Shown here piece after piece: positions 62,391-64,000 of a DNA stretch of 64,000 bases. Origin of the DNA: Centroscyllium fabricii (taxonomy: Eukaryota). Below the pieces are notes generated by a model. The model searched no databases. It saw only the letters and a list, made by a program, of their open reading frames with translations, and was not told the origin of the DNA. The stretch's first letter is position 1. Every line of letters begins with the position of its first letter. The DNA lies in the NCBI GenBank assembly GCA_051313645.2, contig JBNRSN020000016.1, positions 111,290,001 through 111,354,000 of the forward strand, in the 5' to 3' direction. A program made the position numbers and the translations under genes.

Positions 62391-63831
62391 TTATGTCTGT
62401 GACTCCTACCCCTAGTATAGTTCTCAAATGATTCATTCAAATAAGAATGGAGTAAAAATGACATTTGACAGACAAGAAAAAGTTGGTTTGGTGATTTCAA
62501 ATTTCTTGATGTTATGATGAGGCTTTTCAATGCATGAGTGAAGTTGAAGCCTGGAGATTGATTGGTAAGTGCGTTATACAGGTATTTGCATCTCCTAAAA
62601 TCTGAAATTTGCCCAGTATAGTTTGTGTGGATATATGTGCGGATATATAAAGCTATCTTAATTCTAATTTAAATCCATCAAAGTGATGCGCAATATGTAA
62701 TGATCCTCGACCTTAATATCTATAACAAATTAAACATTGATCAAAGTAATTGGAATTTTTGTTTCTCTCCATTGAGACCCAAGTTTTAATTTTGCTCAAA
62801 TGTCAGCTTGTAATACTTTAACATTCATTAAGCTTTTAAATTTGTTTCAACTTTCAAGTCAAGTATCCTTGGTGGTAATTTCTTCTGATAATAAAGCAAT
62901 GTGTTTACATGTCAGTCTCCTGCTGTGCTCTTTTTTTGTTTCCTTCTGGTACTGAAACATCTCTTCAGTGTGTGAGCTGCCTGCAGTGAGTCGTTTTCTT
63001 TTCTTTCCATCCTCCCCCTTTTCCTCATCACCCCTGCTGGGAAATCATTTTTCTTGGCATGTCCCTCTGACTGAGTGTTGTCACTCGGTTGCTTAGTGTA
63101 TTGCTACCAATGCACTGTCGGAAAAATTGCACTTCAACCAGTATACTTTAATTGTGACCGTCTTGCGTTACTGTTGGCCTAAGATTATACTGCACTACAG
63201 GATATCTGTTGTACTGCGGGCTGTGAATCGCATTCTGCCCAGCAGGAGAGAATTCTGCCAATATTCGTGCTTGTGTGCACAAACCGAGCTCCACTCCCCA
63301 GCTAGTAAATTTTTAATGGTTTCAGAGCCAGGCCAGCAGTGTTTGCTTTCTGAAGATATTGAAGACGCTACAGCATATTTATAATGGTCTACTTTTAGTA
63401 CTTTTAGGACATCCTAAAGAGTTTCACAACCAACAAAGTATTTTGCAGTCACTGATGTAATGTAGGAAAAGTGGCAGCTAATTTGCGCACAGCAATCTCC
63501 CACAAACAGCATTGAGATAAAGGACCAGATAATCTGTTTTTTAGTGATGAGGGATAAATTTTCCTATTCCTCAACACTGACCTGTCTCAGTGGTAGAGGA
63601 ATAAGGAAACAAACAATGGGAATATAACATAAATGGGAATAGTGTACAAGCAATGAGGCATCTCGTGTGTCTTTAATGCCATCAGTGTGCAGTGATGGTG
63701 AAAAGGATCTTGGGACGTATGGCTTGAAGGACAGAGCACAAGTTCAGAAAGTGATTGTTAGCTTGCATGATGATTGGTCCACCCCGAAGTTCTGGGAACC
63801 ACATCATAGGGAGACCACTCTGAACCTGGAT

Positions 63832-64000
63832 GACACGGTGGCGCAGTGGTTAGCACTGCTGCCTCGCGATAAGGAGCTCCTGGGTTCGAATCCTGCTTGG
63901 CCCGGGACACCTGCGTGGAGTTTGCATGTTCTCCCCATGTTCGTGTGGGTTTCCCCCGGGTACTCCAGTTTCCTCCCACCACCCAAAGACATGCAGGTTA
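63832..64000 (+). mobile_element. V-SINE 5' part, running off the right edge
   Basis: GTGGCGCAGTGG, GGTTCGAATCC, V-domain. Confidence 0.85.

Overview
Vertebrate genomic DNA, most likely cartilaginous fish (HE1-type V-SINEs, Deu-type SINEs, CR1 LINEs, Penelope remnants). No host protein-coding exon is recognisable. Bases 1-27.6 kb are a deeply nested retroelement pile that appears to sit inside one old CR1 fragment: Tx1 LINE inside Gypsy A inside Gypsy B inside Gypsy C; a second CR1 carrying solo LTRs, a Penelope piece and a sushi-type chromovirus (G) that itself contains a young Gag-protease-only LTR element (H); and Gypsy D carrying a hAT MITE. A CpG-rich promoter and first-exon candidate lies at about 28.3 kb, followed by intron-like DNA with two more decayed Gypsy elements (E, Mag-like; F, CsRn1-like), MITEs, SINEs and LINE pieces. 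Main finding: five Mag-like Gypsy elements have no tRNA primer-binding site. The 13-14 nt after the 5' LTR are instead complementary, with compensatory changes, to the LTR segment carrying the poly(A) signal, suggesting self-priming and/or poly(A)-signal masking that differs from the Tf1/sushi geometry seen in G and H. Other leads: the Gag-PR-only element, YY1-like motif clusters inside gag, hammerhead-bearing Penelope inverted mini-elements, and a PDDEWESA motif shared by two unrelated elements. All coordinates and alignments were read by eye; no searches were run.
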